Assembly: GCA_045561055.1 (NCBI GenBank)
Contig: JBJKYL010000010.1
Coordinates: forward strand, 287,051-351,050
Origin: Candidatus Rariloculaceae bacterium
GTDB taxonomy: Bacteria; Pseudomonadota; Gammaproteobacteria; Steroidobacterales; Rariloculaceae
DNA: 64,000 nt
Reading direction: 5' to 3'
Position 1 is the first letter of the stretch; the number at the start of each line of letters is the position of its first letter. Made by a program: the position numbers and the translations under genes. Below, piece by piece: positions 39,901 to 51,543 of the stretch. The notes below the pieces were generated by a model, which was not told the DNA's origin, ran no database searches, and saw nothing but the letters and a program-made list of their open reading frames with translations.

Positions 39901-41624
39901 GCGTGCGACGAAAAAACAAGGATATTGTCTGGAAAAAGTGGCGAACTATGTTGTTGCTCGTCACTTTCGTCTTAGCTGGCCTAACGTTGGAAGGGCGTGT
40001 TCTTTATTTACAAATAACGAAGAAGGATTTCTTGGTTGCAGAGGGTGACAATCGTCACCTCAGAACAGTTCAAATCTCTGCTAATCGGGGGCCGATCACC
40101 GACCGGCATGGTGAGCCGCTAGCTGTGAGTACGCCGGTTGACAGCATTTGGGCGGCCCCTAAGGTTCTCAAATCCTCCGTCGAGCGACTTGGCGAATTAG
40201 CGGCTGTCCTTGACGTCGAGTCCGACTGGTTAGCACGCCGGATAACAAGCAATCTTGATCGCGAGTTTATCTATCTGAAACGTCACCTCCGGCCGGACGA
40301 TGCTGCTAACGCGTTGAGCCTCGGTTTACCGGGGGTCAGCACACTCAGAGAATATCGCCGCTACTATCCTGCCGGCGAGGTTACGGGCCATATTTTAGGT
40401 TTTACTGATATTGATGACCAAGGCCAGGAAGGACTCGAACTCGCTTATGACCACTGGTTGCTAGGTGACGCAGGTGCTAAGCGCGTTCTTAGGGATAGCC
40501 AGGGTCGTATCATTGAGGATGTAGAATTGATCAGTCCTGCTCAGCCGGGCCGGACGCTCAAGACGAGTCTAGACCTGCGTGTCCAATATCTTGCATACCG
40601 CGAGCTCAAACAAGCCGTTGCAGATAGCCATGCGTTGTCTGGCTCGGTTGTGGTTCTAGATGTATCGACCAACGAAGTGTTAGCGATAGTCAACCAGCCA
40701 ACCTACAACCCGAACAATCGCGCTCAACTCGAGGTAGCACGTTACCGTAATCGTGCAGTGACCGACATTTTCGAGCCAGGTTCTAGTCTGAAGCCGTTTA
40801 TCGTGGCTGCTGCACTTGAGTCGGGCGACTACGAACCAGGCTCGATGATCGATACTTCACCGGGTTATTTGCGCGTCGGCGGTAAAATTCTCACACGCGA
40901 CTACAGTAATCTTGGCAAGATTGATGTCACGACGATGCTCGCTAAATCGAGTAGCGTCGGCGCCGCTAAGCTCGGATTAGAACTAGATCGTGAGCAACTA
41001 TGGGCCGTGCTATCGAATTTCGGTATTGGCCGTTTGACTGATAGCGGTTTTCCGGGCGAGTCGGCAGGAGTTCTTAATAGGCCGCTTCATTGGGGGCCAG
41101 TTGGACAGGCTACCCTCGCATATGGCTACGGGCTTTCGGTAACGGCATTACAACTCGCCCAGGCGTACAGCGTTATTGCTGCCGACGGCTTACGACGGCC
41201 CATCTCGCTACTTGTGCAGGACGAGTACGTTGCCGGTGAGCGTGTTGTGGAGGTCGATACGGCTCGCCGTCTTCGCGAGATGCTCGAAACTGTCGTTTCT
41301 CCGGCAGGCACCGGTCAACGGGCTTCAATTGCGAATTTTCGCGTTGCAGGAAAGACTGGAACTGCTAAAAAATTCAGTATTGGCGGATATTCCGACGATC
41401 GTTACTTGGCAGTGTTTGCGGGACTAGTACCAGTCAGCGATCCCAAGCTCGTTGCTGTGGTCGTGATCGATGAACCACAGGGCGAAGATTACTATGGCGG
41501 TGAGATAGCAGCCCCAGTTTTTTCGCGAATCCTCTCCGGCGCACTGCGTCTTATGGCTGTTCCGCCCGATGAACTTACCGAGCCACCGCTTGAGATTTTA
41601 GCTCAGGTGGAGGTAGATCGATGA
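39897..41624 (+). CDS. ftsI: Peptidoglycan D,D-transpeptidase FtsI (PBP3)
   Basis: 575 aa with an N-terminal TM helix, SxxK (SSLK), an SSV/SxN-like region and KTGTA motifs. Confidence 0.9.
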   Translation: MSVRRKNKDIVWKKWRTMLLLVTFVLAGLTLEGRVLYLQITKKDFLVAEGDNRHLRTVQISANRGPITDRHGEPLAVSTPVDSIWAAPKVLKSSVERLGELAAVLDVESDWLARRITSNLDREFIYLKRHLRPDDAANALSLGLPGVSTLREYRRYYPAGEVTGHILGFTDIDDQGQEGLELAYDHWLLGDAGAKRVLRDSQGRIIEDVELISPAQPGRTLKTSLDLRVQYLAYRELKQAVADSHALSGSVVVLDVSTNEVLAIVNQPTYNPNNRAQLEVARYRNRAVTDIFEPGSSLKPFIVAAALESGDYEPGSMIDTSPGYLRVGGKILTRDYSNLGKIDVTTMLAKSSSVGAAKLGLELDREQLWAVLSNFGIGRLTDSGFPGESAGVLNRPLHWGPVGQATLAYGYGLSVTALQLAQAYSVIAADGLRRPISLLVQDEYVAGERVVEVDTARRLREMLETVVSPAGTGQRASIANFRVAGKTGTAKKFSIGGYSDDRYLAVFAGLVPVSDPKLVAVVVIDEPQGEDYYGGEIAAPVFSRILSGALRLMAVPPDELTEPPLEILAQVEVDR

Positions 41625-43090
41625 TGGCGGCGCTAGCGACAGCGGCGATTACTCTGGGGGAAGTGTTTGGTGCAGCGGCCGGAAGCCTGGCTGGTATGAA
41701 AATAGATGATCTCGTCGTTGATAGCCGCCAGGTAAAACCGGGCACGGGTTTCGTTGCGTTGCCGGGAAGTCACGGCCACGGTCTTGATTATCTCGACGAT
41801 GCGCGCGCGCGCGGTGCAACAGCGATCATCTATGAGCCCCTCGAAGATCAGCCGCGGGTGGATGCTCCCGCAATAGAAATCCCTGGTTTATCCTCGCAGC
41901 TTGGCCAAATCGCTAAGGCCTTTTTCGGCCGGCCGGCGGCTCCATTGAAATTGGCCGGTGTTACTGGGACAAACGGCAAGAGTACGGTGGCGCATCTTAT
42001 AGCCCAGGCACATACTCTCCGTGGTATAGATTGCGGTTATCTAGGGACGCTCGGTTACGGCGTTCCGCCAAATCTAACCGCTCAAACTTTAACGACACCT
42101 GATTGTCTGAGTTTGCACCGTACGTTGCGCTCGCTGGCCGTGGACTACGTGGCGTTGGAAGTGTCGTCGCATGCACTCGCTCAAGACCGAATTGCTGGAT
42201 TGGAATTCGACACCGCAGTTTTTACCAATCTTTCGCAGGATCATCTTGATTACCATGGGACTTTTGATAAGTACCGGGACGCGAAGGCCTCTTTGTTTGG
42301 GTTGGGGTCACTGCGTAATGCGGTGTTTTTCGTTGACGATCCGGCAGCTTCAGTGATAGCAAAACGGCTCGGTCCTGAGGTGACGCGTATTGACGTTAGC
42401 ATGGAAAACAATGCGGATATCCGCGGCCGTCTGTTGACTTCGGATCTATACGGAATTCAGCTGGAGGTTCAGGGTCCTGGTGGTCTAGCGATCATAAAGT
42501 CCTCCCTGGTTGGCGATTTTAATGCGGAAAATCTGTTACTTGCGATAGGCGTGTTGCTCGCATGGGATATTTCGCTAACGGATGCGTGCGATGCATTGGG
42601 TCGGTGTGCGAGTCTGCCCGGCCGGATGCAGGTGTTTGGCGGTGACCATGAGGCTCCATGGGTAATAGTCGACTATGCGCACACGCCAGCTGCATTAGCG
42701 CGAGTGCTTGAGAATTTGCAGCGTGCTGCGACGAGCGAGCTTTGGTGTGTATTCGGCTGCGGCGGCCAGCGAGATTCGGGTAAACGTGCGGCTATGGGCA
42801 GCGCCGCCGCTCGAATCGCGAATCACATCGTACTCACCGACGATAATCCTCGTGAGGAAGATCCTGACGCGATCATTGCCGACATACGGTCAGGTATCCC
42901 ATCGCACCCCCATGTTTGGGTTGAACACGATCGTGCTCTAGCGATTTCGGATGCCGTCTGTCGAGCGCGCGTCGGCGATATCGTGCTCATTGCAGGTAAG
43001 GGGCATGAGCGCACCCAATCGATAGCCAGTGGGGAGCGCGAGTTTAGTGATGATTTGGTTGTAGAGCAGGCTCTGGAGGCACGAACATGA
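41621..43090 (+). CDS. murE: UDP-N-acetylmuramoyl-L-alanyl-D-glutamate--2,6-diaminopimelate ligase
   Basis: 489 aa with GVTGTNGKSTV and the DNPR motif (TDDNPREEDP) that marks DAP-adding MurE. Confidence 0.9.
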   Translation: MMAALATAAITLGEVFGAAAGSLAGMKIDDLVVDSRQVKPGTGFVALPGSHGHGLDYLDDARARGATAIIYEPLEDQPRVDAPAIEIPGLSSQLGQIAKAFFGRPAAPLKLAGVTGTNGKSTVAHLIAQAHTLRGIDCGYLGTLGYGVPPNLTAQTLTTPDCLSLHRTLRSLAVDYVALEVSSHALAQDRIAGLEFDTAVFTNLSQDHLDYHGTFDKYRDAKASLFGLGSLRNAVFFVDDPAASVIAKRLGPEVTRIDVSMENNADIRGRLLTSDLYGIQLEVQGPGGLAIIKSSLVGDFNAENLLLAIGVLLAWDISLTDACDALGRCASLPGRMQVFGGDHEAPWVIVDYAHTPAALARVLENLQRAATSELWCVFGCGGQRDSGKRAAMGSAAARIANHIVLTDDNPREEDPDAIIADIRSGIPSHPHVWVEHDRALAISDAVCRARVGDIVLIAGKGHERTQSIASGEREFSDDLVVEQALEART

Positions 43091-44460
43091 TGCCCCGGAC
43101 TCTAGCTGCCGTTGCAACCGAACTCGATGCACGACTCGTTGGCGACGATACAAAGTTCCACCAGGTAGGTATCGATAGCCGTAAGATCCACAATGGCGCG
43201 CTTTTTGTTGCGATCGAAGGGGAGCGTTTGGATGGAAACGATTACGTTGCGCATGCGCATGCACGAGGCGCCGCTGGAGCACTAGTATCGCGGCAGATAG
43301 AAGTACCGTTGCCGCAGCTAAAGGTACCTGATACGCGCGTTGCGCTCGGACACATGGCACGCGCCTGGCGCGCGAATTTCCCTATACCGGTGGTTGCTGT
43401 GACTGGTAGCAACGGTAAGACTACAGTCAAGGAAATGATTGCGAGCATTCTGAAGCGCAGTCGTCGGACTTGTGTGACTCAGGGCAACCTCAATAACGAT
43501 ATTGGTGTGCCCTTGACTATCATGGAGCTCGAAGACGAGCATGAGGCTCTAGTCGTTGAGCTCGGGGCAAACCACTCTGGTGAGATCGATTACCTCAGTG
43601 GTCTAGTGCAGCCGACGGTCGGTGTGATTACGAATGCTTGTGCTGCCCACCTTGAAGGGTTCGAGTCCGTTGAAGGAGTAGCTACCGCAAAGGGCGAATT
43701 ACTCGATCACTTACCGAGCACTGGTGACGCGGTACTAAATAACGATGATGGTTTCTGTGTCGATTGGCGTTTGCGCAGTCGCGCGAAATCTGTTTTGACT
43801 TTTGGTTTTGGGGCGGGAGCTGATTGCACTATTGTCGGTGATGTTGTTGCTGAAGTTTCCGGTTGTCAGTTCACGATGCAGTTACCCGAGGGCGAGCAGG
43901 TCAAGATTAATTTGCCGCTTGTCGGTCGGCACAATGTTCTTAACGCGTTAGCGGCGGCAGCGGCCGCACACGCGCTCGGTGTCCACACCGAGGATATCGT
44001 AAACGGTCTTAATGATGCCAACGCGGTCAAAGGCCGTCTAAATGTTCTTCATGGTCGCGGGGGTGCTGCCATTATTGATGATAGCTACAACGCGAATCCG
44101 GCATCGGTGTGTGCTGCTCTCGACTACCTGGCGAGCGCGAATGGTATGCGCATTCTCGTGCTCGGTGATATGGCTGAGTTAGGCGCTGCGGCAATAGAGA
44201 TGCACTGCGAGATAGGACGATACGCCACGCATCGGTGCGATGCGTTATTAACTATTGGATCTCTAAGTAGGCATGCCGCTGATGCATTTGGGGCATGCGG
44301 TCAATCTTTCAAGAGCATCGCTGAGTTGAGTGAAGCTCTGGAGGTTCTGCTCGCTGAGGACGTGACCATACTCGTGAAGGGATCGCGTGTGATGGGTTTG
44401 GATCAGCTCGTTAGATTATTAAAGAGCGATGACATATCTGCTGAGGCGCCGTCTTGCTAA
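43087..44460 (+). CDS. murF: UDP-N-acetylmuramoyl-tripeptide--D-alanyl-D-alanine ligase
   Basis: 457 aa with [14 protein letters not shown] and DDSYNANP. Confidence 0.9.
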   Translation: MMPRTLAAVATELDARLVGDDTKFHQVGIDSRKIHNGALFVAIEGERLDGNDYVAHAHARGAAGALVSRQIEVPLPQLKVPDTRVALGHMARAWRANFPIPVVAVTGSNGKTTVKEMIASILKRSRRTCVTQGNLNNDIGVPLTIMELEDEHEALVVELGANHSGEIDYLSGLVQPTVGVITNACAAHLEGFESVEGVATAKGELLDHLPSTGDAVLNNDDGFCVDWRLRSRAKSVLTFGFGAGADCTIVGDVVAEVSGCQFTMQLPEGEQVKINLPLVGRHNVLNALAAAAAAHALGVHTEDIVNGLNDANAVKGRLNVLHGRGGAAIIDDSYNANPASVCAALDYLASANGMRILVLGDMAELGAAAIEMHCEIGRYATHRCDALLTIGSLSRHAADAFGACGQSFKSIAELSEALEVLLAEDVTILVKGSRVMGLDQLVRLLKSDDISAEAPSC

Positions 44461-45542
44461 TTTATCTCACCGAATATTTCGCGCAGATCTATTCTGGTTT
44501 CAACGTCTTTGGATATCTGACGATGCGCGCGATTCTTGGTGCTCTCACTGCGCTCGTGCTATCACTCGCAATTGGCCCGATTCTGATTAAGCGTTTCTCA
44601 ATGCGGCGCTTGGGTCAGCCGATACGGCAGCTCGGGCCAGATTCACATCTCCCCAAGGCCGGCACACCAACTATGGGCGGCGCGTTAATTTTGTTTGCCA
44701 TTGTCTTCAGTACATTGTTGTGGGCGGATCTTGAGAACCGTTTCGTTTGGATCGTTCTCATCTCGACTTTGGCTTTTGGTGTAATCGGTTTTATCGATGA
44801 TTACAAGAAACTCGTGATAGGCAATTCGAAAGGTGTCCGGCCATCTACCAAATTCTTCTGGCAATCTTTCATCGGCATTGGCAGTGCGCTTGCGTTTTAC
44901 CTGACTGCGGACAATCCCGAGGTTGAGCACTCTCTCTTAATTCCCTATCTGCCGGATATGATGATGCCGCTGAGTATCTTCGTCTATGTTCCGTTTACTT
45001 ATCTAGTAATCGTAGGTTCTTCCAACGCCGTCAACTTAACCGATGGTCTGGATGGACTCGCGATCATGCCCACCGTACTCGTCGGCAGTGCGCTGGGCGT
45101 GTTTGCATACGTTGCAGGCAATATCGTCTTCTCGGGTTATCTCGGGGTCCCGTATATAGCAGGAGCCGGAGAGATGTTGGTTTTTTGTGCGGCCCTGGCT
45201 GGCGCCGGTCTGGGCTTCTTGTGGTTCAACACCTATCCCGCGCAGGTTTTTATGGGCGACATCGGAGCTCTTGCTCTTGGTGCCGCTTTGGGCCTGGTGG
45301 CTGTGGTGGTGAGGCAGGAATTGGTGTTGTTCATTATGGGCGGTGTTTTCGTTGTCGAAACCGTCTCGGTCATTATCCAAGTTGCCTCCTACAAGTTGAC
45401 CGGCCGGCGTATTTTTCGCATGGCGCCGCTACATCATCACTTCGAGCTTAAGGGTTGGCCGGAGCCGAAAGTGATTGTGCGGTTTTGGATTGTCACCGTG
45501 ATTTTGGTGTTGATTGGATTAGCGAGTCTAAAGATAAGATGA
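44454..45542 (+). CDS. mraY: Phospho-N-acetylmuramoyl-pentapeptide transferase
   Basis: 362 aa. The N-terminus aligns with E. coli MraY ([15 protein letters not shown]). Motifs [13 protein letters not shown] and PLHHHFE. TTG start. Confidence 0.95.
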   Translation: MLIYLTEYFAQIYSGFNVFGYLTMRAILGALTALVLSLAIGPILIKRFSMRRLGQPIRQLGPDSHLPKAGTPTMGGALILFAIVFSTLLWADLENRFVWIVLISTLAFGVIGFIDDYKKLVIGNSKGVRPSTKFFWQSFIGIGSALAFYLTADNPEVEHSLLIPYLPDMMMPLSIFVYVPFTYLVIVGSSNAVNLTDGLDGLAIMPTVLVGSALGVFAYVAGNIVFSGYLGVPYIAGAGEMLVFCAALAGAGLGFLWFNTYPAQVFMGDIGALALGAALGLVAVVVRQELVLFIMGGVFVVETVSVIIQVASYKLTGRRIFRMAPLHHHFELKGWPEPKVIVRFWIVTVILVLIGLASLKIR

Positions 45543-45559
45543 CCCTGTTGGGTGACTAG

Positions 45560-46945
45560 ATGATAAGGAGTGATAGACGTGTCTTCGAGCGATACGATGG
45601 GAGCGTGGTGACGATCGCAGCGCATGATTTCCGAGTGCTGGTAGTTGGACTTGGCGTAACCGGAGTTGCTACCGCACGTTATCTTGCTGCGCGTGGCGTT
45701 GACGTAACGGTAATCGACAGTCGTGCGGCGCCTCCTGGTCTTGCTGACCTGAGTAGTTCGAATCCGGCCATTAAGGTTGTGACCGAGAGCGAAGATCCAC
45801 GCTGGCTTGAAGGCATTGGCCAGGTCGTGCTGTCTCCCGGCCTTGCGCTCGATTCGCCGATTGCCGAGCACGCGGTCCGACTTGGGATTCCCGTAGTCGG
45901 CGACATCGAGCTATTCGCACGCGATGTGGCGGTACCAGTGCTAGCTATTACGGGCACCAACGGCAAGAGTACCGTCGTAACTTTACTGGAAAGAATGCTG
46001 TCTGCGACCGGCCTTGACGTTGCTGCTGGAGGTAATATTGGACCGCCAGCGCTGCAACTCCTGGAGGAAAACGCGGAAATTCATATTTTGGAGGTCTCGA
46101 GTTTCCAGTTAGAGACAACGCAGAGCTTAACTCCCGACGCTGCTGTTGTTCTCAACGTCTCGCCTGATCATTTGGATCGGCATGGCACGCTCGCTGAGTA
46201 TGCAGCGTTGAAGGCTAAGCTCTTGCAATCCGCGAAATGTGCCGTATTCAATAGAGATGATCCGCTGGTTTGCGCAATGGTAAGCGGACACCCTAATGCC
46301 ATCCCGTTTTCGCTGCTCGAGGAAACTGAGGGAGGTTATGGTGTCGTTGAGCATAAGGGTGAACGATGGCTGGCTCATGCATGTGAGCCTTTGTTGCCGG
46401 CGGCTACTTTACGTATGCCAGGGATACACAACGAAGCCAATGCATTGGCGGCTCTTGCTCTCGCGAGCGTTTTAGATTGCGATATCGAGCCGCAGTTGAC
46501 GGCGTTACGAGAATTCACAGGGCTGCCCCACCGATGCGAATGGGTGGCGGAGCGTGACGGGGTAACTTTCATCAATGATTCTAAAGGCACGAATGTTGCT
46601 GCGAGTGTGGCAGCCCTCGAAGGCATTAAGGGCCCATACGTCCTTATCGCAGGTGGTCAGGGTAAGGGAGCTGACTTTAGTCCTCTCGTCGCGAGTGCGC
46701 GCGGTAAGCTTCTGGGAGTGGTCGTAATTGGTGAAGCAGCCGATGAGCTCGGGGCTCTCTTTACCCAAACATGTCCGGTGAGATTGGCGGGAGATATGGA
46801 TGCTGCGGTTAATCTCGCCGTCGAGTTAGCGCCTAGCGGATCGACCATACTGCTATCTCCCGCCTGCGCGAGTTTGGATATGTTCGTTGATTACACACAC
46901 CGAGGCGATGCATTCATTGCTTCGGTAAAGGGATTGGCGCTATGA
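45560..46945 (+). CDS. murD: UDP-N-acetylmuramoylalanine--D-glutamate ligase
   Basis: Motifs VVGLGVTGVA and AITGTNGKSTV. ATG 45560 gives a roughly 20-aa N-terminal extension relative to E. coli MurD. In-frame GTGs at 45605 and 45608 are alternative starts. Confidence 0.85.
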   Translation: MIRSDRRVFERYDGSVVTIAAHDFRVLVVGLGVTGVATARYLAARGVDVTVIDSRAAPPGLADLSSSNPAIKVVTESEDPRWLEGIGQVVLSPGLALDSPIAEHAVRLGIPVVGDIELFARDVAVPVLAITGTNGKSTVVTLLERMLSATGLDVAAGGNIGPPALQLLEENAEIHILEVSSFQLETTQSLTPDAAVVLNVSPDHLDRHGTLAEYAALKAKLLQSAKCAVFNRDDPLVCAMVSGHPNAIPFSLLEETEGGYGVVEHKGERWLAHACEPLLPAATLRMPGIHNEANALAALALASVLDCDIEPQLTALREFTGLPHRCEWVAERDGVTFINDSKGTNVAASVAALEGIKGPYVLIAGGQGKGADFSPLVASARGKLLGVVVIGEAADELGALFTQTCPVRLAGDMDAAVNLAVELAPSGSTILLSPACASLDMFVDYTHRGDAFIASVKGLAL

Positions 46946-48111
46946 ACTCGGCGCTTGAGATTCGTGGGTTCAATCTTGATGCACCATCGTTCGCGGCGAT
47001 TATTGCGTTACTCGTGCTCGGTATTATCATAATGAGTTCCGCATCTATTTCTCTCGCTGACCGTGATATAGGCGAGCCGTTGTTCTTCTTTTCTCGTCAG
47101 CTCGGCGCTGTGTTTATTGGGCTTCTAGCCGCGTTGATACTGACGATGATTCCTACCGAGCTATGGTATAGGTATCACTGGGTATTATTGATTGCCTGCA
47201 TGCTGCTTTTGGTGTCGGTATTTTTGCCAGGCTTTAGTCGCACTGTGAACGGTAGTACGCGCTGGTTGGATTTTGGGGCAATTTCTCTTCAGCCGTCTGA
47301 ACCCGCGCGGGTCTGTCTGATTCTCTATCTAGGAAGTTATATTGTCCGTCAGCAAGCTAGCTTAAGCGCGAGCTTAGTTGGTTTCCTGAAGCCGATGATA
47401 GCGGTAACAGTGGTGTCCGCACTGCTCCTATTTCAACCAGATTTCGGTGCCGCAGTTGTTGTTACGTTGACGAGCATAGGCTTGTTATTCATTGGTGGTG
47501 CAAGAATCCGTGATTTTGTTGTCGCATTCTGTATTGCGTCCGTAGCGCTATCGGCGCTGGCTTACTCTACGCCGTATCGAATGGAACGTTTGCTCGGGTT
47601 TCTTGACCCCTGGGCTGATCCTTACGGAAAGGGCTTTCAGTTGACGCAATCGCTAATCGCAGTTGGCCGAGGAAATTGGTTTGGTGTTGGTCTCGGTGAT
47701 AGCGTGCAAAAACTTTTCTATCTTCCTGAAGCCCATACTGATTTCGTGTTCGCTGTCTTAGCTGAAGAGCTAGGCTTCATGGGCGTAACACTTACCGTGC
47801 TGTTGTTCGGTGTGATTGTATTAAGGGCTATTGCGCTAGGGCCTAAGGCCGCTTCGGTGAATATGCCGTTTCATGGTTTGGTCAGTACCGGTATTGCTAT
47901 GACGCTCGGATTACAGGCTTTCATAAATATGGGCGTCAATACTGGCATGTTGCCGACGAAGGGTTTGACATTGCCGTTGATCAGTTACGGGCGCACTAGC
48001 ATGGTCACTACGCTGATATCACTGGGGTTACTAATACGTATTCAGCACGAGGTTCAGAATGAGGTGTGTCGCCGCGTTACCGTGCGTGCGCAGAGGAAGA
48101 AAAAGCAATGA
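46942..48111 (+). CDS. ftsW: Peptidoglycan glycosyltransferase FtsW (SEDS family)
   Basis: 389 aa and polytopic, with QPSE..R and LPEAHTDFVFAVLAEELG. Confidence 0.9.
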   Translation: MNSALEIRGFNLDAPSFAAIIALLVLGIIIMSSASISLADRDIGEPLFFFSRQLGAVFIGLLAALILTMIPTELWYRYHWVLLIACMLLLVSVFLPGFSRTVNGSTRWLDFGAISLQPSEPARVCLILYLGSYIVRQQASLSASLVGFLKPMIAVTVVSALLLFQPDFGAAVVVTLTSIGLLFIGGARIRDFVVAFCIASVALSALAYSTPYRMERLLGFLDPWADPYGKGFQLTQSLIAVGRGNWFGVGLGDSVQKLFYLPEAHTDFVFAVLAEELGFMGVTLTVLLFGVIVLRAIALGPKAASVNMPFHGLVSTGIAMTLGLQAFINMGVNTGMLPTKGLTLPLISYGRTSMVTTLISLGLLIRIQHEVQNEVCRRVTVRAQRKKKQ

Positions 48112-49202
48112 ATGCCGGCCCAATCATGATTCTCGCGGGGGGTACCGGCGGCCACGTGTTCCCAGGACTTGCGGTAGCAAAAGTTTTGCGTGAGCGAGAG
48201 CAATCAGTGGTGTGGATGGGGACGCGTAAAGGGCTCGAAGCCCGCCTTGTACCTGAGGCCGGCATCAACATAGAGTGGATTTCCGTGTCCGGTATAAGAG
48301 GCCGCGGCCCGCTTGCTTGGCTCATAGCACCTTTTCGTATCGTGTTAGCGGTTTACCAGGCTTTTGTAGCTCTTCGGCGATGTCGGCCGGTCGTGGTGCT
48401 CGGCCTCGGCGGTTTCGTTTCCGGTCCTGGTGGTCTTGCTGCCTGGTTAACTCGGAGGCCGCTACTCATTCATGAACAGAACGCGGTTGCTGGGACGACT
48501 AATCGCGTTCTCGCGCGATTCGCACAACGAATATTTAGCGCTTTCCCGGAAAGCTTCCCATCATCTGTTGAGGCCGAACTCATCGGTAACCCTGTTCGCG
48601 AATCTATCGTTGGGTTACCTGTCCCATCAAAGCGCTTCGCATCAGGATCAGATTCCACGAAAGCAGTGCGGGTCCTCGTGCTCGGTGGCAGTCAAGGTGC
48701 GAGCATTTTGAATAATCAAGTCCCCGCAGCTTTACAGCTACTACCCCCCGGGGTTGCAGTCGATGTTTGGCACCAAACAGGCAGAAGGATTGTCGAGGCA
48801 GAGATGGCTTATTCTAGTACCAATGTTGTGCCGCGACTTGATACGTTTATTGATGATATGTCGGTGGCATATGGCTGGGCAGACTTAGTGATATGTCGCG
48901 CGGGCGCGCTTACGATTTCGGAGCTCTCTGCGGTCGGAATCGGCGCAATCTTAGTCCCGTTTCCGTTCGCGGTCGATAACCATCAATTGAAGAATGCGCA
49001 AAGTTTCGCGTCACAGGGTGCTGGTATCGTTATTCCGGAGAATAAATTTAATCCCGAGCGGCTAGCTAAGGAAATTAGTGACTTAGTCGATAATCAAGCA
49101 GTGCTTGAGCTTCTAGCTGAAAGGGCCCGGGCACAGGCTAAGCCGCGCGCAGCAGAGATGCTCGCCAACGCTTGCCTGGAGTACGCGGAGGTTCGTTCAT
49201 GA
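48108..49202 (+). CDS. murG: UDP-N-acetylglucosamine--N-acetylmuramyl-(pentapeptide) pyrophosphoryl-undecaprenol GlcNAc transferase
   Basis: [15 protein letters not shown] near the N-terminus. ATG 48108 forms an ATGA overlap with the ftsW stop. Confidence 0.9.
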   Translation: MNAGPIMILAGGTGGHVFPGLAVAKVLREREQSVVWMGTRKGLEARLVPEAGINIEWISVSGIRGRGPLAWLIAPFRIVLAVYQAFVALRRCRPVVVLGLGGFVSGPGGLAAWLTRRPLLIHEQNAVAGTTNRVLARFAQRIFSAFPESFPSSVEAELIGNPVRESIVGLPVPSKRFASGSDSTKAVRVLVLGGSQGASILNNQVPAALQLLPPGVAVDVWHQTGRRIVEAEMAYSSTNVVPRLDTFIDDMSVAYGWADLVICRAGALTISELSAVGIGAILVPFPFAVDNHQLKNAQSFASQGAGIVIPENKFNPERLAKEISDLVDNQAVLELLAERARAQAKPRAAEMLANACLEYAEVRS

Positions 49203-50620
49203 AAGAACGAATGGGGCGAATTCAATGTATCCACCTCGTCGGTATTGGAGGTGTTGGTATGAGTGGTATCGCTGAAGTTCTTATCAACCTTGGTTATGAC
49301 GTCCAGGGGTCGGACATCAGCGTAAACGAGACAACCAAAAGGCTCGTGTCGCTCGGAGTAAAATTTTTCTCCTCACATGACGCCGATAATATGCAAAATG
49401 CTGACGTTGTTGTCGTCTCGAGTGCAATATCTAAGTCTAATCCGGAAATCGTCGAAGCAGACCGTCGTCGCATCCCCGTTGTGCAGCGTGCGGAGATGCT
49501 AGCCGAACTCATGCGTTTCCGCTATGGCATCGCGGTAGCGGGTACACATGGAAAAACAACAACAACGAGTCTTGTCGCAAGCGTGCTCGCGGAAGCTGGG
49601 ATGGATCCAACGTTCGTGGTCGGTGGCCGTCTCGTTAGTGCTGATGCCAACGCGCGATTGGGGTCTGGTCGTTATCTGGTAGCAGAAGCAGACGAGAGCG
49701 ATGCTTCTTTTTTACATCTGCAACCGATGATCGCGGTTGTAACAAACATCGACGCCGATCATCTGACAAGCTATGAGGGAGAACTTAGGCGGCTGAAGGA
49801 GGGATTTAATGATTTTTTACACAACCTCCCTTTTTATGGGTTAGCGGTAATGTGTGCTGACGACGAAAACACTTGCGAGATAACAGCGAAACTTAGTCGT
49901 CGCGTAGTGACCTACGGTTTTTCGGAGGGGGCAGATGTTCAGGCTCGCAATGCTCGCGCAGTTGGTTTAGGAACTTCATTTGAAGTACATAGGCGCGATC
50001 ACAAGCCGTTCGAGTTGACACTCAATTTGCCGGGTCGGCATAACGTTCTGAACGCGCTAGCGGCTGTAGCCGTAGCGGCGGAACTAAATATCGACGATAG
50101 GGCTATTCTTGCTGCGTTCGAGGAGTTTTCAGGCATTGATCGGCGTTTTCAGGTGCTCGGTAGAGTAACGACGCCGAACGGTATGGTGACTTTTGTCGAC
50201 GATTACGGACACCATCCGACTGAGATTGCAGCCACGGTCGCAGCCGTTCGCGAGACTTGGCCCGAGCATCGGCTTGTTGTCGCATTCCAGCCACATCGCT
50301 ACACGCGTACGCACGAACTTTTCGATGATTTCACCCAAGTGCTTTCGAAGGTAGATGTTTTGCTGCTCACTGAGATCTACGCGGCCGGAGAGGCGCCTAT
50401 CGCTGGAGCTGAAGGGCGTTCTCTGGCAAGGGCTGTGCGCGCACGCGGCTTAGTCGAACCGATCTTTGTTGAAAATTTGGAGGCGCTGGCCACTGCGCTC
50501 GCGGAAGTTGTGCGAGACGGTGATGTCGTATTAACACTGGGGGCCGGCAGTATAGGGACAATCGTTCAAACTTTACCCAAACGTTTGGCGACGAGTATAC
50601 CTATCGAGGTCAAGGGGTGA
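49199..50620 (+). CDS. murC: UDP-N-acetylmuramate--L-alanine ligase
   Basis: Motifs [17 protein letters not shown] and [16 protein letters not shown] 49199 overlaps the murG stop. Confidence 0.9.
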   Translation: MKERMGRIQCIHLVGIGGVGMSGIAEVLINLGYDVQGSDISVNETTKRLVSLGVKFFSSHDADNMQNADVVVVSSAISKSNPEIVEADRRRIPVVQRAEMLAELMRFRYGIAVAGTHGKTTTTSLVASVLAEAGMDPTFVVGGRLVSADANARLGSGRYLVAEADESDASFLHLQPMIAVVTNIDADHLTSYEGELRRLKEGFNDFLHNLPFYGLAVMCADDENTCEITAKLSRRVVTYGFSEGADVQARNARAVGLGTSFEVHRRDHKPFELTLNLPGRHNVLNALAAVAVAAELNIDDRAILAAFEEFSGIDRRFQVLGRVTTPNGMVTFVDDYGHHPTEIAATVAAVRETWPEHRLVVAFQPHRYTRTHELFDDFTQVLSKVDVLLLTEIYAAGEAPIAGAEGRSLARAVRARGLVEPIFVENLEALATALAEVVRDGDVVLTLGAGSIGTIVQTLPKRLATSIPIEVKG

Positions 50621-51543
50621 GTGCGGCGATGAATTTTTGTGCAGGGGTGGCAGAACTTCAACACAACGAGCCAATGAGTCGGCATACGTCATGGCGTGCA
50701 GGAGGGCCGGCTGATCTGTTTTTTAAACCTGAGAGTGTCGAGTCGTTACAAAATTTTCTTAATGAGCTTTCGGTGGAGACGCCGTTGCACTGGGTAGGAT
50801 TAGGGTCGAATCTTCTTGTTCGCGACGGTGGTGTTCGTGGTGCGGTAATTTGCACATTAAAACTACCAGCCGGGATCAGTCGCATTAACTCGACAGAAGT
50901 AGAAGTTGGCGCAGGCACGCCTTGCGCAATTTTTGCGCGTCAATGCGTGCGCTGGAGGCTTGGTCCTGCCGTTTTCTTTGCCGGAATACCCGGGACTATA
51001 GGAGGTGCTTTGGCGATGAATGCGGGCGCATTCGGTAGTGAGACCTGGGATCATGTTGAGAGAGTGGATACGATTGATCGCAGTGGTGAACGACGCAGCC
51101 GCACCGCTAAAGAGTTCGAAGTCGGTTACCGCTCGATCAATGGTGCACCGCAGGAATGGTTTCTCTCCGCAACATTCTCATTGGGACCAGATGAGGCCGC
51201 TAGCATGGGTGACGTTAAGCGGTTACTGCGAAAGAGGGGGGCTACTCAGCCGCTCGGCAAACTCAGTTGCGGTTCCGTGTTTCGAAATCCGCCTGGCCAG
51301 TTTGCGGCGCAACTAATAGAACAAGCTGGTTTGAAGGGTGCGACGAGCGGCGATGCAATAGTGTCAGATAAGCATGCTAATTTCATTATAAATCGGGGCT
51401 CGGCGACAGCGGCCGATATTGAGTCATTGATTGGGCTAGTTCGGGATTCTGTTGCCGAATTTTCGGGTACGACGCTTGAGCCCGAAGTTCGCATTATCGG
51501 TGAGTTATCGGTGGGCCCTGTTTTAGGAGATGAAGGAGAGTGA
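50617..51543 (+). CDS. murB: UDP-N-acetylenolpyruvoylglucosamine reductase
   Basis: 308 aa with an FAD-binding domain ([22 protein letters not shown]) and the SCGSVFRNP catalytic Ser region. Confidence 0.9.
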   Translation: MSAAMNFCAGVAELQHNEPMSRHTSWRAGGPADLFFKPESVESLQNFLNELSVETPLHWVGLGSNLLVRDGGVRGAVICTLKLPAGISRINSTEVEVGAGTPCAIFARQCVRWRLGPAVFFAGIPGTIGGALAMNAGAFGSETWDHVERVDTIDRSGERRSRTAKEFEVGYRSINGAPQEWFLSATFSLGPDEAASMGDVKRLLRKRGATQPLGKLSCGSVFRNPPGQFAAQLIEQAGLKGATSGDAIVSDKHANFIINRGSATAADIESLIGLVRDSVAEFSGTTLEPEVRIIGELSVGPVLGDEGE